From Rebecca billardiae RCC1528 (taxonomy: Eukaryota; Protista; Haptophyta): a stretch of 64,000 bases of DNA. The translations under genes were made by a program, and so were the position numbers. The first letter of the stretch is position 1, and each line of letters starts with the position of its first letter. The notes beneath the pieces were generated by a model. The model was not told the origin of the DNA and made no database searches. It saw only the letters and a list, made by a program, of their open reading frames with translations. Below are positions 33,592 through 44,752 of this stretch, piece by piece. Where the stretch lies: assembly GCA_965240325.2 (NCBI GenBank), contig OZ251222.1, forward strand, positions 3,844,001 through 3,908,000, written 5' to 3'.

Positions 33592-35558
33592 TAAACTTTT
33601 CTGAGGATAGCGCACCAGCAATTTCCCTTGACCGCCATCCGGGCCGAAGTGGCGCAAAATGGCGGTTGCCCCGTTTGGGCGCCCTTCCGCGCCTTCGAGC
33701 GGCTCGTGCGCGTCGGGAAGTGCGCCGAAGCGTATCCGGAGCATGCTCCATCGACGCGTCGCACTGCCGGGCCCTCGCATGCGAGCCCATGCCGACGTCT
33801 GAGTGCGCCTCGCTGCGCACGGTACAGCTTGACGGTACACGGCACGATTCGGCCGCGAGCAGCCTCGTGCGCGCGACCGAGCCAGAGGTGGTCGTCGAGA
33901 GTAGCACGAGCGGCGGCACACAAGCGGGCCTGGTCGTTGCCGAATATCTGACGCACCAATCGACCTCGCCCAGCGCCATCTGCTCGTTTGCGCACGTGTC
34001 GGAAAGAATGCGCAGCTGCCTGCAAACGCCGAGCGCGCAGATGAGGCGTGGGCGAGCGAAGGGGCGGCGAGGGCCGGCGCGTGCGCGCGCGTAAATTCGA
34101 GCCTCCCCATACGCATCGAAACACACCGCGCTCGCTCGTCGAGCTGCGCACGGGTATCGGTGCGCGCGCGCCAACGCGGCGCGCCGTGAACGCGCCCGGC
34201 GAATGCACACCTGCTCGCGCGCGCACGCGCACGTGATGGACCGAGGAGGCCGCGCGAGCATGCGCGATGTGTCTGGATGGAGCGTGTAGGAGGTGTAGGC
34301 TGCGCTCCGCACGCGCTCCGCCACCGTGCACCGCGCTGCCCCTCGTCCACGCGATCGCCGCCGAGCCCAGATTCAAACGCGCGCGAGCGCTCGAGCGCAC
34401 CTCCGGGCAGCAGTCGCAGCTATCGTGACGAAGGCGTGGCGAGAGGCAGATGTGCATGGCAAGTATCGTCATTGTGGTGCCCATCACGCGCACACTCTCG
34501 CGCATGCTCGCTGCACCACCTCGTCGCGCCCACGTGCAGCGCGCGGGGCGCGCTTCGTGCCCGGAGCAGCTGCGGAGCGGCTGCCGCGCGCAGTGCGCGC
34601 GGCGAGTAGGGCTCAGCCAATGGTCCGAGGGCGAGCCGGCCGAGCGTCGTGCGTGACGCACACGGACCTGGTGCAACGCCGCGTACCACTCGCAGCCACC
34701 ATCGCGCCCGTACCAGCGAGCTGTGGCCGCCGCCGACACCCCAAAGCAGCCCAGCCGTCAGCGCGCGACAGCCGACGAGCGTCAGCGCGCGACGCGCGCG
34801 TGCACCACCGTGATGAGCACGGATGAGCGCGCGCGCCCGTGTCGTAGCTCAGGTGGGGTCCCCCGATCGCACGCACCACCGCGCTGCCACGCCTTCGACC
34901 ATCTTGTGTCACCACGCGGGCACACGCCGGGCAGGCGGCGGGGCAGCCCGCTCGGCAAACGGTCAGCGCGCAGCGAGGATGGAGTCCGGCGAGAGGCGAC
35001 CGGAGTGTCCGGCGCGACGGAGGGGGTCCACGCCGTGGTCGCCGACGCGTTCCTCACCACCTCCGAGGCCGTGGTGGCCGCCCGGGAGAAGGAATGCTCC
35101 CAGTCGCACCCTTTGCAGTGCTCCTTTGCGCGTGCACGCAACGGCGAGGAGCGGAAGCGTTAGAGGGCACTTTTTGTGCAGTTCAGGCGTTCTTTCCCCA
35201 AAATGTAGAATGCGCGGAGAAGTGCCCTCTAACGATTTTCGTGTGCAGCCGTGCCGCGCGCGCGAGGAAGGCCACATGCGGCTCCTTGCACATCTGCTGC
35301 AGATCGGCTCGTGCTCGGCGAGCGCGGCGAGGAGGAAGGTGCGCGCTCGCGAGCTGGCGCACCTGGGAGTCCTCGCGGCCTCCGAGCAGAAAGAGCGCGT
35401 CGAGCGCAACGCCGCAGGTCGCACGGTCGCGATCTCGCGAGAGCGGTGGTGCGAGGGCGGGCCTCGCCATCGCGCGTTTCTGCGTCCAAACGCGGCCTCC
35501 GTAAAATCCGGATGGCGGTCAAGGGATTTTGCTGGTGCGCTATCCTCAGAAAAGTTTA
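33592..35558. mobile_element. Non-autonomous TIR DNA transposon (about 1.97 kb)
   Basis: 51-bp TIRs at 33592-33642 and 35508-35558 differ at 2 positions (TAAACTTTTCTGAGGATAGCGCACCAGCAA..TCCCTTGACCGCCATCCGG). The outer TA may be the TSD. The interior is decayed. Confidence 0.85.
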
Positions 35559-35825
35559 CACATATATATATATATTAACGACGTGGTATGCAACGGGCAG
35601 GCGTCAGAGTTATATATATATATATTAATTCGTCGTCACACGCAGTACTGAATTACAGTCGTAGTAGTACTAGTAGTAGTTATTCTAAGAGTAAGTCTAA
35701 GACTAAGGCTGCTCGGAGACGACTCGATCGTCATGACTCATGAGTCTAAGTGGGCGGGCGGCCCGGCGGTTCGTCATCATCCGGTCCGGAGCAGCCGACT
35801 GGCGACTCCGTCCGCCATCATGTAG

Positions 35826-36662
35826 TCACGTCCGTGCAGAGAAAGCCAGCCGTCCGTACAGCTGGGGATCAGCGTCGTCGGCGGCGAGGGCGGCGGCGGC
35901 GGCGGCGAGGCGGCGGCGGACGGAGGGCGGTGGCGAGGGCGGTGGCGAGGGCGGTGGCGGAGGCGGCGGAGGCGGCGAGGGCGGGGGTGGCGAAGGCGGT
36001 GGTGACGGCGGCGGCGGAGGCGGCGGAGGGGGCGAGGGCGGTGGTGGCGAGGGCGGGGGTGACGGCGGCGGAGGTGGAGGAGGCGGAGGAGGCGAGGGCG
36101 GGGGTGGCGAAGGCGGTGGTGACGGCGGCGGCGGAGGCGGCGGAGGGGGCGAGGGTGGTGGTGGCGAGGGCGGGGGTGACGGCGGCGGAGGTGGAGGAGG
36201 CAGTGGAGGAGGCGAGGGCGGCGGTGACGGAGGGGGCAGTGGAGGCGGCGAGGGTGGCGGTGATGGGGGCGAGGGCGGCGGCGGCGACGGTGGTGACTGC
36301 GTGCACACGTGCTCGGGGCACGGCAGCAGCGCGCCGATCGCACCAAAGAGCAGCTTCGCCGTTGAGCGGGACCGCTGCGTGGGTGCGCGCGGCCCATCCG
36401 ACGCGCGCGACTTTGCTGTCGCCTTCTGCGACACGCGCGGCCCCGTGCCGCGCCCCACGGGGGTCTTCGGGGCCGGGGCAGCGGCCTCATCGTGCAGCCA
36501 CGCGTCCGGCGGCACCGCGTCGAGGCGGCGCTGCCGGCGTGCGGCACCCGACGTGGAGCGAGCGGCAGCACACGTGCAGTCGACGTCGGGCACGGGGTCC
36601 ATTTCGGCTACCGCCAGCTGCGACGCGCACATGAGCGCCAGCACGCTCACTCGCCCGAGCAT
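35826..36662 (-). CDS. Putative secreted proline-rich (PPPS-repeat) protein
   Basis: It has a signal-like start MLGRVSVLALMCASQLAVA, Cys residues, about 120 aa of SPPP repeats and RRRL motifs. Confidence 0.5.
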   Translation of the reverse strand: MLGRVSVLALMCASQLAVAEMDPVPDVDCTCAAARSTSGAARRQRRLDAVPPDAWLHDEAAAPAPKTPVGRGTGPRVSQKATAKSRASDGPRAPTQRSRSTAKLLFGAIGALLPCPEHVCTQSPPSPPPPSPPSPPPSPPPLPPPSPPPSPPPLPPPPPPPSPPPSPPPPSPPPPPPPPPSPPPSPPPPSPPPPPPPPPPSPPPSPPPPSPPPPPPPPPSPPPSPPPPSPPPPPPPPPSPPPSPPPSVRRRLAAAAAALAADDADPQLYGRLAFSART

Positions 36663-36762
36663 CGTGCGGCCCGAGCAGGGCTCGTGGATGACGACGCCTG
36701 GCCGTGCCGGTGGGGCTACCTGCGCGGCTTGCATGCGAACTCGAGTAACCGATCGTCCCGAT

Positions 36763-36877
36763 TGATGTATTTGATTTATTGATTTATTGATTTATTGATC
36801 AGCATTGATTGATTGATTGATTGATTGATTGATGATTTGATGAGGGGCGATTGAATAATCGCGATTGATTGATTGAT
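36763..36877. repeat. Degenerate (GATT)n microsatellite
   Basis: Seen directly. Confidence 0.85.
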
Positions 36878-37859
36878 CCCCTTACCGCAGTCTGCTTCTA
36901 TACGAAGCAGATTTGGGTGGGCGGCGGCGTGGGAGCGCTGGGCGCGCAGGTAGACGGCGCGAGCGGGCGCGCGCACGCTTGGGGGCATCTTTGGGACCAT
37001 ACCCATCGATGACCCGAGCCTCGCCGCCACCGCCCTTCCCCTTCTCCCGTGCCACGGCGTCCAGACGGAGTGCCAAACGAGCGTTTGAACATGCCACGAA
37101 GCAGATTTGGAATGGTGCTCAAACCGCTGCGGAGGTGATCGTCAGGCTGCGGCGTGAGGCGGGGAGGGGTATAATAACGTAATGGATGACGGTCGTCACC
37201 CGTGCGCCGGTCGGTAGGCTGCTACTCAGCGCCCGTAGGCTCGTACGCTGCACCTCGAGCTCAAGATCCCTCACCGTGGGCTCCGCGCGAGTGACACTGA
37301 GCACGAGGAGGGTGTACTTGCGAGGGGTACGCGCGTCGCGCCTGCGATCGACGCCAGGACAAGCGAAGAAGCGATACCACCACTCCCGCGAAGCGCCTGC
37401 CTGACTTGCACTCGGTGTACACACTGCGTGCGGCGTGCCGCAAGGAAGGAGCCCGACCCGTGCCTCAGCGTGTCCCGCGCGGCTGGCTGGTGGGCACTTT
37501 CAACGTGATCGGTCATGCGAACGCGCGCAGAGTAACGCGCGCAGTATGTACACTGTCTACAATCATCTTTGTCGGTCGCCCACGTGCTTGAAGCGGCTGC
37601 AAGGAGTGCAGCCGGGTGTCGCGGGCCAGTCGAGCGCCCAGCCAGCACGACGGCAGCTCGGCGCTGCCGCGCGTTGCCATCGTGGAGGCGGTGAAGCTGG
37701 AGGTACTAGGCTGGCGGCTGTCTGAGGGTAGCTAGACCATGCCTGGGCACTCTCAAGCCGTGTTCAACGCCCAGGCGCGCGTGGGTGGGCCGCAAAGCGC
37801 GCGCAGCGGCCGCCGTCAAATCTGCTTCCATACGAAGCAGATTGAACTGCGGTAAGGGG
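36878..37859. mobile_element. Non-autonomous TIR element (about 0.98 kb) with a BED-like Zn-finger remnant
   Basis: Ends are CCCCTTACCGCAG / CTGCGGTAAGGGG, each followed inward by the palindromic TCTGCTTC..GAAGCAGA, with AT on both flanks. The minus strand encodes CTYCARYSARVRMTDHVESAH. Confidence 0.7.
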
Positions 37860-38618
37860 ATATGGGGAAGGGGCAGGATGGTGAGCAGCAACGCACAGAT
37901 GGGAGACAGAGGGATCAGCGGGGGGCGCCAGCGCCGGCGCGCTGCGCGCAGCGCGCGCGTGTGTGAACGAATGAAAGGGAACGACAGACACGGGAGTCAG
38001 TTTGAGCGGACTGCGAGCCAGCGCGCGCGTGCGCGCGCACGCCGCGCGCGCGGGCAAGCAGGGCTCGGCCGCGACCCTGCAGCGCGCGTCGGCTTATGAC
38101 GACCGACGGCGACGCCCGCCGCCAGCCGACGGAGGCAGCCAGGCAGCCGTGCCGCGTCGCGGGGAGGCAGCGGACACCCAGCCACCGCGCCCGCGGGCAG
38201 CCCCAGCGCGGACCTTCCGCGTCGCCGGGCCAGGTTTCCTGCCCGCGACGTGCGCCCGCCCGCAGAGACGCAGCACGCGCCCGCGGGGCAGAGCGCGGCG
38301 GGCACGCCGGACGGCGAGAGAGAGGAGCGGGGACGAGCGAGGAGTCGTTGTCCCGGAGCGCCCGCAGCGGGGTATCAAGAATTCGTAGCCTACAGAGGGG
38401 TAAACTCCAAAACTGTACCTCGTCGATCTTTTGTAAGCCCATTGCATTGGCCGCATCATTCCGCTGTACAGAATCCGATGCCGTCGACGCTGACGTCGAC
38501 AGTACTGTAGCTTAAGCTACTGTAATCTCGCCTGCCTGAGCTGTGTGCGTCTCTAAACTGTAAGTCAGTAAGACAGGCAAGCAGTCGCGGTGCATGAAAC
38601 TGTCTGAGTTCTTGCGCC

Positions 38619-40367
38619 CTACTTCCGCCGGCGAACGTACAGCGGCATGCCACCCTTCGGCCGGAGGATCATCTCCTCCTCGAACTCGAGCAGCTGCTGC
38701 GCCGAGCCCTCGTCGAAGCGGAACTCGAAGCGCGCGAGCGCGCTGAGCAGCAGCGCGTGCGTCATGAGCAGGGTGAGCGGCGCGCCCGGGCACGCGTGCG
38801 CGCCGAGGTTGAACGCGGAGAGGAAGGGCTGCTCGGCGGGCGGCACGGCCCAGCGCTCGGGCTCGACCGCGTCGGGGTCCCCCGACCCGCGCGCGTGCAC
38901 CGGGTGGCGCTGCATCGCCATCGAGAAGAGCTGCACCTGCGTGTGCTTGGGCAGGCGGAAGGCGCGCCCGTCGGCCGCGCGCAGCACGAGGTCGCGCAGG
39001 CAGACGCCGCCGAGCGCGGGCACGAGCGGGTACAGCCGCAGCACCTCGCGGAAGAAGTTGAGCACCTCGGGCGAGGCGTCGAGCGCCTCGCGCGTCGGCG
39101 CGCCGAACGCGCCCGCCGCGCCCGCCGGGCTCGGCCCCAGCACCTCGCGCGCGCGCGCGGACAGCCGGCTCGCGAGCGCCGCGTTGCGCGGCTCGGCGAG
39201 CGAGCCAAACGCAAACGCGAGCGCGTGCGCCGTCGTCTCAAAGCCCGAGACGACGAAGACGCGGCACTCGGTGAGCAGCGCGTCGAAGCTGCCGTGCAGG
39301 TAGCGCGGCTCGTGCGCGAGCAGCGCCTCCACCGCGCACCCCGGCAGCCGGTCGGCCGCGCGCGGCGCGCGGCCGTGCGCCTCCTCCAGCAGCGCCGCCA
39401 CCTGCGGGCCGAGCACGGCCGCAAACACGCGGTGCGCGCGCTCGTTGGCCGCGCGCAGCCGGCGCATGCGCGACCAGCCGAAGAGGCGGAGCGGCGCGGG
39501 GTTGAGCAGCGTCCAGAACAGGTAGCGCATCGAGTCGCGCGCGCACTCGCGGAACGCCGCCGCGTCGAAGGGCGCGGTGCGGCCGAAGAGGAAGGTGAGC
39601 ATCACCTCGACTGCGAGCGTCGTGCACGCCGCCTCCATCTCCACGGGCGTGCCCGCGCGCGCGGCGGCGTCGAGCTCGGCGCAGAGCCGCTCGGCGGCGC
39701 GCGCGATCGCCTCGAACAGCTGCCGCTCGCGGTCGAGCAGCCGCGCCCCGTGGAACTCGCGCAGCAGCGCGCGCTTGCGCCAGCGCCACTCCTCGCCGCG
39801 CGCGTTGGTGAGCGACACGCCCACGGCCGCTCGCGACGCGCATGCAAAGCCGTTGGTGCGCGAGGAGAAGGCGGCGCCCGGCTCGTTGTCGTTGGCGTGC
39901 ACGAGGAGCAGCTGCCGCGCCGCCTCCACGTCGCCGATGCCCACGAAGTCAGGCGCGATGCCCGGCCACGGACTGCGGAAGATGAAGATGTCGCCATACT
40001 GCCGCACCCACCGCTGCTGTGACTCGGTGCCGCGGTGCGAGCTCATCGCCCGGACGAGCTCCATGAAGGGCGGGCCCTCAGGGAGCCGAGAGATGTGCTG
40101 CGCGCCCGCGTCGGACGCGCCGCCCCCCGCCGCTGCCCGCCCCTCGGCACTCGCCTTTGCGCGCTCGGGCACCCACTCTCCCGCATGCGGCGTGTTGTGC
40201 CGCGCCTGCCGCGCCCTGCGCACGCACAGAAGCGCGGCGGCAACGCAGAGAAGGGCGATACCCAGAGGGGGGTGCTCCGTGCAAGAACGCCATGCGAGTG
40301 CGTACGACGGCGGCGGCGGCGGTGGCGGCGGTGAAGGTGCGCGCGCTCGCGGGAGGCCGAAGCGCAT
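38619..40367 (-). CDS. Cytochrome P450 (intronless)
   Basis: It has an N-terminal TM anchor, I-helix SGFETTA, ExxR motif EVLR, PERW and heme motif FNLGAHACPG. The start is uncertain. Confidence 0.92.
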   Translation of the reverse strand: MRFGLPRARAPSPPPPPPPPSYALAWRSCTEHPPLGIALLCVAAALLCVRRARQARHNTPHAGEWVPERAKASAEGRAAAGGGASDAGAQHISRLPEGPPFMELVRAMSSHRGTESQQRWVRQYGDIFIFRSPWPGIAPDFVGIGDVEAARQLLLVHANDNEPGAAFSSRTNGFACASRAAVGVSLTNARGEEWRWRKRALLREFHGARLLDRERQLFEAIARAAERLCAELDAAARAGTPVEMEAACTTLAVEVMLTFLFGRTAPFDAAAFRECARDSMRYLFWTLLNPAPLRLFGWSRMRRLRAANERAHRVFAAVLGPQVAALLEEAHGRAPRAADRLPGCAVEALLAHEPRYLHGSFDALLTECRVFVVSGFETTAHALAFAFGSLAEPRNAALASRLSARAREVLGPSPAGAAGAFGAPTREALDASPEVLNFFREVLRLYPLVPALGGVCLRDLVLRAADGRAFRLPKHTQVQLFSMAMQRHPVHARGSGDPDAVEPERWAVPPAEQPFLSAFNLGAHACPGAPLTLLMTHALLLSALARFEFRFDEGSAQQLLEFEEEMILRPKGGMPLYVRRRK

Positions 40368-40639
40368 GGTCCGAGCCGTGCTGAGCCCGCCCGGGAGCGC
40401 ACGTCCGGCCGGGGCGCCCGGGGCCGACCACATGCAACCGATGGCTGCCCATGGCCCATGGAATCGCGCGGTGGCCACTGGAGCGCAAGGGCGCATGCCG
40501 TCTGCATACGTGCCGATGCGCATCGTGTTACACCGCCCTTGGCCTTGCACCGGCAGCCGTGCGCCCGCGCACCGAGCCCGCCGCGGGATGCCACGTGTTC
40601 TTACTACTATGTAGTACTGAGTGATGCCCGGCGCCGTGC

Positions 40640-41310
40640 ATGTGCGCGTTGTGAACTGGCAGTGCGGCCAGCTGGGGATCGGGAGACACGTGCGCACCCG
40701 ACGCTCTCGTGGGGACGCTTGCAGCAAAGGCTGTCGTCTGCCTTGCCGCAGGCGACGGCCATAGCCTCGCGATCGGCGCTGGTGGGTGTGCGTTGAGCTG
40801 GGAGTCAGTTCAGCCACAGCAGCATCGAGAATTGGCATGCTGTGGTGGACAACACAGAGGGCATGCTCTCGTTCAAGGGTTGGCACAGAAGTACTCGGCT
40901 ATCTTGGCAGCAGCATTGGCTCGGATCGTTCATCGACCGTAAGCGGGCGCTTCGAGAGGCTGGCCAAGGCGTCCGCGCTATGCGTGCATGCAGGGCGGGA
41001 TCCATCGCTTGGCGCTGGCGGCGACAGCGTGCTCAGACTCGCATTTGTGCCGTTCGTCGGGCACAATCAGCGAGGGAGGGCGCATCTGGCTTGCACCCGT
41101 GCTAGGTAGAGCTGCCCACGCTTGCGCAGTACGGCTCGGCGGATGTTGGCGTGCACTCGTGCAGCGCTGATACCGAATCGGAGCCGTACGCTGGACTTAG
41201 CACGCTACCATCGAACCGAGGCCCCGTCGCCGAGGGTGACCCCGCGGGCGCGAATTACTTACCAGTGCCAGGGTCCAGTGGCAGTGTCCAGTTCGGGCAG
41301 TTGGAGTTGG
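40640..41310 (+). pseudogene. Decayed RCC1-repeat gene fragments
   Basis: Separate short frames give GQLGIG, VVCLAAGDGHSLAIGAGGCALSW and QFGQL. Confidence 0.4.
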
Positions 41311-41812
41311 TGCGGAGTTGCCACCACAGCCACTCGTTTAGACGCACAGACGTTTAACTACTCGGTTTAGTCGTCGTTACTCCTCGTAGTCGTACCAGTC
41401 ATGCCGCTTGATACACACCTTCCCCAACCGACAGTGGGGCTCTACATTCCCTACTACATCCTCATCCTGTCGGCGCGCTGTCGCATCGGCGCCCAGTCGG
41501 CGAGTTCGGACGACGACGTTTTGTGGACGACGGTGGGGCGAGGACGACGGGCGCTGGCGCGCCGCGAGGCGGCCGCAGCCCTCATCCAGGCCTCGCAGGC
41601 GGACGGCTGAACGAATTTTTCCGGCGGCGCTACCATCGGCGACGGCTTCATGGGCGGTGACAGTTGGCGGGCGTCAATCTCGCCTGCCTGAGCTGTGTGC
41701 GTCTCTTATTCTTAGTAAACTGTAGCCTAAACCAGTGATGGGCCACTGACTGACAGTTTCGAGTGCCGGCTCCCGGGTCGGCGAATCCGAATCATGGGCA
41801 AATGGCGGAATC

Positions 41813-42332
41813 TAGAGGGGTCGGAGCCCCACTGTAGGGTGTGTGGCCCAAAATCCAACTTTCTGTCGTCTTGAGATGAGGCTCTCAAACTTCGGGATGT
41901 CAATGTCGTGATATTCGCCTGAAATATGGCCTGGTCGGTCACGCTGACACTGAGTTTCGCGAATGAAAAATGTCACATACTGGATATATACAACCTCAAT
42001 ATCGACGCGCGCGATCTCGGCAACATTAGTAGGGGAGATACACGATCTCCAAGGTGATCTCGCTATTTGCACCAGAATCGCACCGGCTAGATCACATTTT
42101 GGCAGTCTGAAATTGGCACATGCAGATTCCACTGTCCACACCCTGGAATAATATTAATTAAATGGACTCAAAAAGTTATAAACCGAGGAGATATTAATAT
42201 CTCATATTTCGAGAGTAACGGACTCAAACAGTTATAAACCGAGGAGATATCTCATATTTCGAGATTTCGCGAGATTGAATGACAGATTGTGTCACTCGGG
42301 ACGGTGTAACGGTCGGAGCTCTGACCCCACTA
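41813..42332. mobile_element. MITE (520 bp) with 9-bp TSD
   Basis: The imperfect TIR is TAGAGGGGTCGGAGCCCC / GGAGCTCTGACCCCACTA. An exact TSD GGCGGAATC lies at 41804-41812 and 42333-42341. The interior is AT-rich. Confidence 0.85.
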
Positions 42333-42844
42333 GGCGGAATCATGCTGCTGAATGCTGCGTGCACACTGGGCATGCGCCATGCCGGCATCATATGCCGACA
42401 TGCGGCCTGCCACGCCGGCCTGCCGCCGCAGCCGCGGCAACTCAGCCGCCAACCCGCAAGTCGCCAACCGCGCCGGAGACGACGAGTCGCTTTGAATAAG
42501 GAGCTAAGCCCATTGTATATATATATATGTACCTATGCCCATCACGGGATGCCAGCAGTGGTGCAGCCAGCTTCTAAACCGAGTCGTCGACGATGATTAC
42601 ACTGTGTGATGATATGCTTGTTCCTAAGTTCAGCAGTACGCGGTCAGTCAGACGACGACTCAGACCGGAGCGCCGAGCCATTGGCATTGAGCGCCGTGAT
42701 GAGCGCAGCCTGCCGCATTCACCCATCGGGATTGGCAGGAGTCTTTGACGAAGGTCCTGGTAGCGAGTCTGGTAGCTCTGACAACGTCATCACGCGGCGA
42801 GCCGCGCCACCTGCTGACCGGCAGAGGCCGAGGTCGATCGACAA

Positions 42845-43198
42845 TCACGTGTTTGTGCTGAACTTGTGCTGACACTTCGGGCACTCGTAAAAGACGGTCT
42901 GGCCCTCGTCGGCGGAGCGGAGCTGCATCGTATAATAGTACATCTGAGGGTGCTTGCACTTCTCGCACTGCTCATCCACGAGGGCACGCTCGGCGTTCTT
43001 GTCCCGCCCAGCGCCGCCGCGCTGCTCCTCGTCCTCAGCCCCCGCACGCATGTTCACGTGCAACACAGTCGTCACCTTCTTGTGCAGGAAGGCGTCGTGC
43101 GGCGCAGTGGCGCCGCAGATGACGCACGTAACATCGCTATCGACGCTCTCCGGGGGATCGAGGAGCGAGCTGCACTCCGAGCAGAACACGACGCGCAT
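42845..43198 (-). CDS. RPA12: RNA polymerase I subunit RPA12
   Basis: N-terminal FCSECSSLL..CVIC Zn ribbon and C-terminal TFIIS-like CEKC...QLRSADEGQTVFYECPKC. Confidence 0.93.
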   Translation of the reverse strand: MRVVFCSECSSLLDPPESVDSDVTCVICGATAPHDAFLHKKVTTVLHVNMRAGAEDEEQRGGAGRDKNAERALVDEQCEKCKHPQMYYYTMQLRSADEGQTVFYECPKCQHKFSTNT

Positions 43199-43384
43199 CG
43201 CATACGTCGAGTGGCCCGCAAATGACGCACGATGGCGACTGGCGACGACGTCAAGGCGCGAGATCTAAGAAATGAAGACCGTGTTGAGGGCCGGATTGAG
43301 ATGATTCCGGACGAGCAGGACTTCCAACGACAGGAATCAGAGAGCCCGAGCGGTTCCTCACCGGCCACACAGCCTCTGATCTAG

Positions 43385-44272
43385 ATGCAGCGCGCCGTCG
43401 CTGCGCTGGCCAGGGCACCGGGGCGGTTTCCGCGCGTGTTGACGCCTCGGAGGTGCGTCAACGCGCACATTGTGCGGACCCTGACTACTCACGCGGGGCG
43501 CGCTACGCTCCAACCCCGGCCATCTCCGCCAAGATGGGCGATTCTCAGCCTCGGCGCTTCTGCCGCGGCCTTTGCTCTCAAACACACAGTCAGCAGCTGT
43601 GACGCAAAGCTGGATCTCGAAGCGACGTCGATGGATGCCCTGTCGGTGGCCTTTCCCACCCTTTCGCGAGACGAGCTTCGCCGCTTCCTCAAGTCGTGCA
43701 AGGGGAACGTGCAGCGCACTGAGGAGAAGCTGAGGCGCAACCTCGCCTGGAGGGAAGCCACGTTTCCGCTCGCGCGCGAGGCGGTGCTCGACGATTTGCG
43801 GAGGGGCGTGCTCGTGCAGCACGGGTGTGACATGGACGGCCGCCCGATCCTGGTCTACTTCGGCAACCACTACCGCCCTGGCGAGAGCAACGTGGATGAC
43901 GTGGTGCGCGCCATGGTGTACGTGCTGGAGCATGCGATCACCACCATGCCCGACGGCGTCGAGCAGGTGGTGCTGTTCATCTACACGCCTCGCGGGGCGT
44001 CAATCGACTACTCGCTCATACGCTCACTCAGCGCGTGCTTCTCCGAGAACTATCCCGAGCGACTCCACCATGCCATCGTCTTCCCTGCTGGGCCCTGGGC
44101 CCGCTACTTTTGGTCGCTGATCAGATGGTGCTTCGTGCCCGCCGTGCGCGAGAAGGTGGTCCTGGTAAGGGACGGCCAGACCGAAGCGGCCGCGACCAAC
44201 GTTCATCCCTCGCAGCTGCCAAAGATGTTTGGGGGCGAAGAGGATTGGGTCTTCGACCCGGAGCTTGTCTGA
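43385..44272 (+). CDS. CRAL-TRIO (Sec14-like) lipid-binding protein
   Basis: Motifs are LRRFLK...NLAWR, GCDMDGRPIL, NYPERL, WSLIRWCFVPAVREKV and QLPKMFGG. The N-terminus resembles a mitochondrial presequence. Confidence 0.88.
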   Translation: MQRAVAALARAPGRFPRVLTPRRCVNAHIVRTLTTHAGRATLQPRPSPPRWAILSLGASAAAFALKHTVSSCDAKLDLEATSMDALSVAFPTLSRDELRRFLKSCKGNVQRTEEKLRRNLAWREATFPLAREAVLDDLRRGVLVQHGCDMDGRPILVYFGNHYRPGESNVDDVVRAMVYVLEHAITTMPDGVEQVVLFIYTPRGASIDYSLIRSLSACFSENYPERLHHAIVFPAGPWARYFWSLIRWCFVPAVREKVVLVRDGQTEAAATNVHPSQLPKMFGGEEDWVFDPELV

Positions 44273-44752
44273 CGAAGCGACGCGCTGTCGTAGCTGCCGA
44301 GCCAGTGCGGTTCGCGGCACTCGTGAGTCAGAGTTGTGACTCAGCCACTGTAGGCTTCACTTCGCAGCACGCGACTTTTAAAAGCAGAGTGAAGCTACTA
44401 GTATATCGTCGTGATGACGAGAATCGGCAGACGACGACGAAGTTGATCTGCTGATGACGACGATGATCCCACAATTGACAATACATTGTGACGCCTCGTC
44501 ATCTGGAAAGTGGAAGTGGAATGTGCCGCCGGATATGAAGTGGAAGGCCGCCTGACGGCTGAGCGGCCGCACTTCGGCAGGCGGATTCTTCGTCAGAGTT
44601 CATATGCAGGTCTATACTATACATATATATCGATCGCGTCATCCATCAGAATCGATGTGATGGTGACGAGACGAATCACTTCGTAGTACGCGCGTATAGT
44701 ATACATACTACTGACGACTGCTCGCTGGCACCGCTGCTGACATCATCATTCA

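Noticed and set aside
33650-35500. Transposase assignment for the Cys-rich fragments inside TIR elements (also 30300-31600)
   Set aside because: The frames are broken and I could not recognise any catalytic motif.
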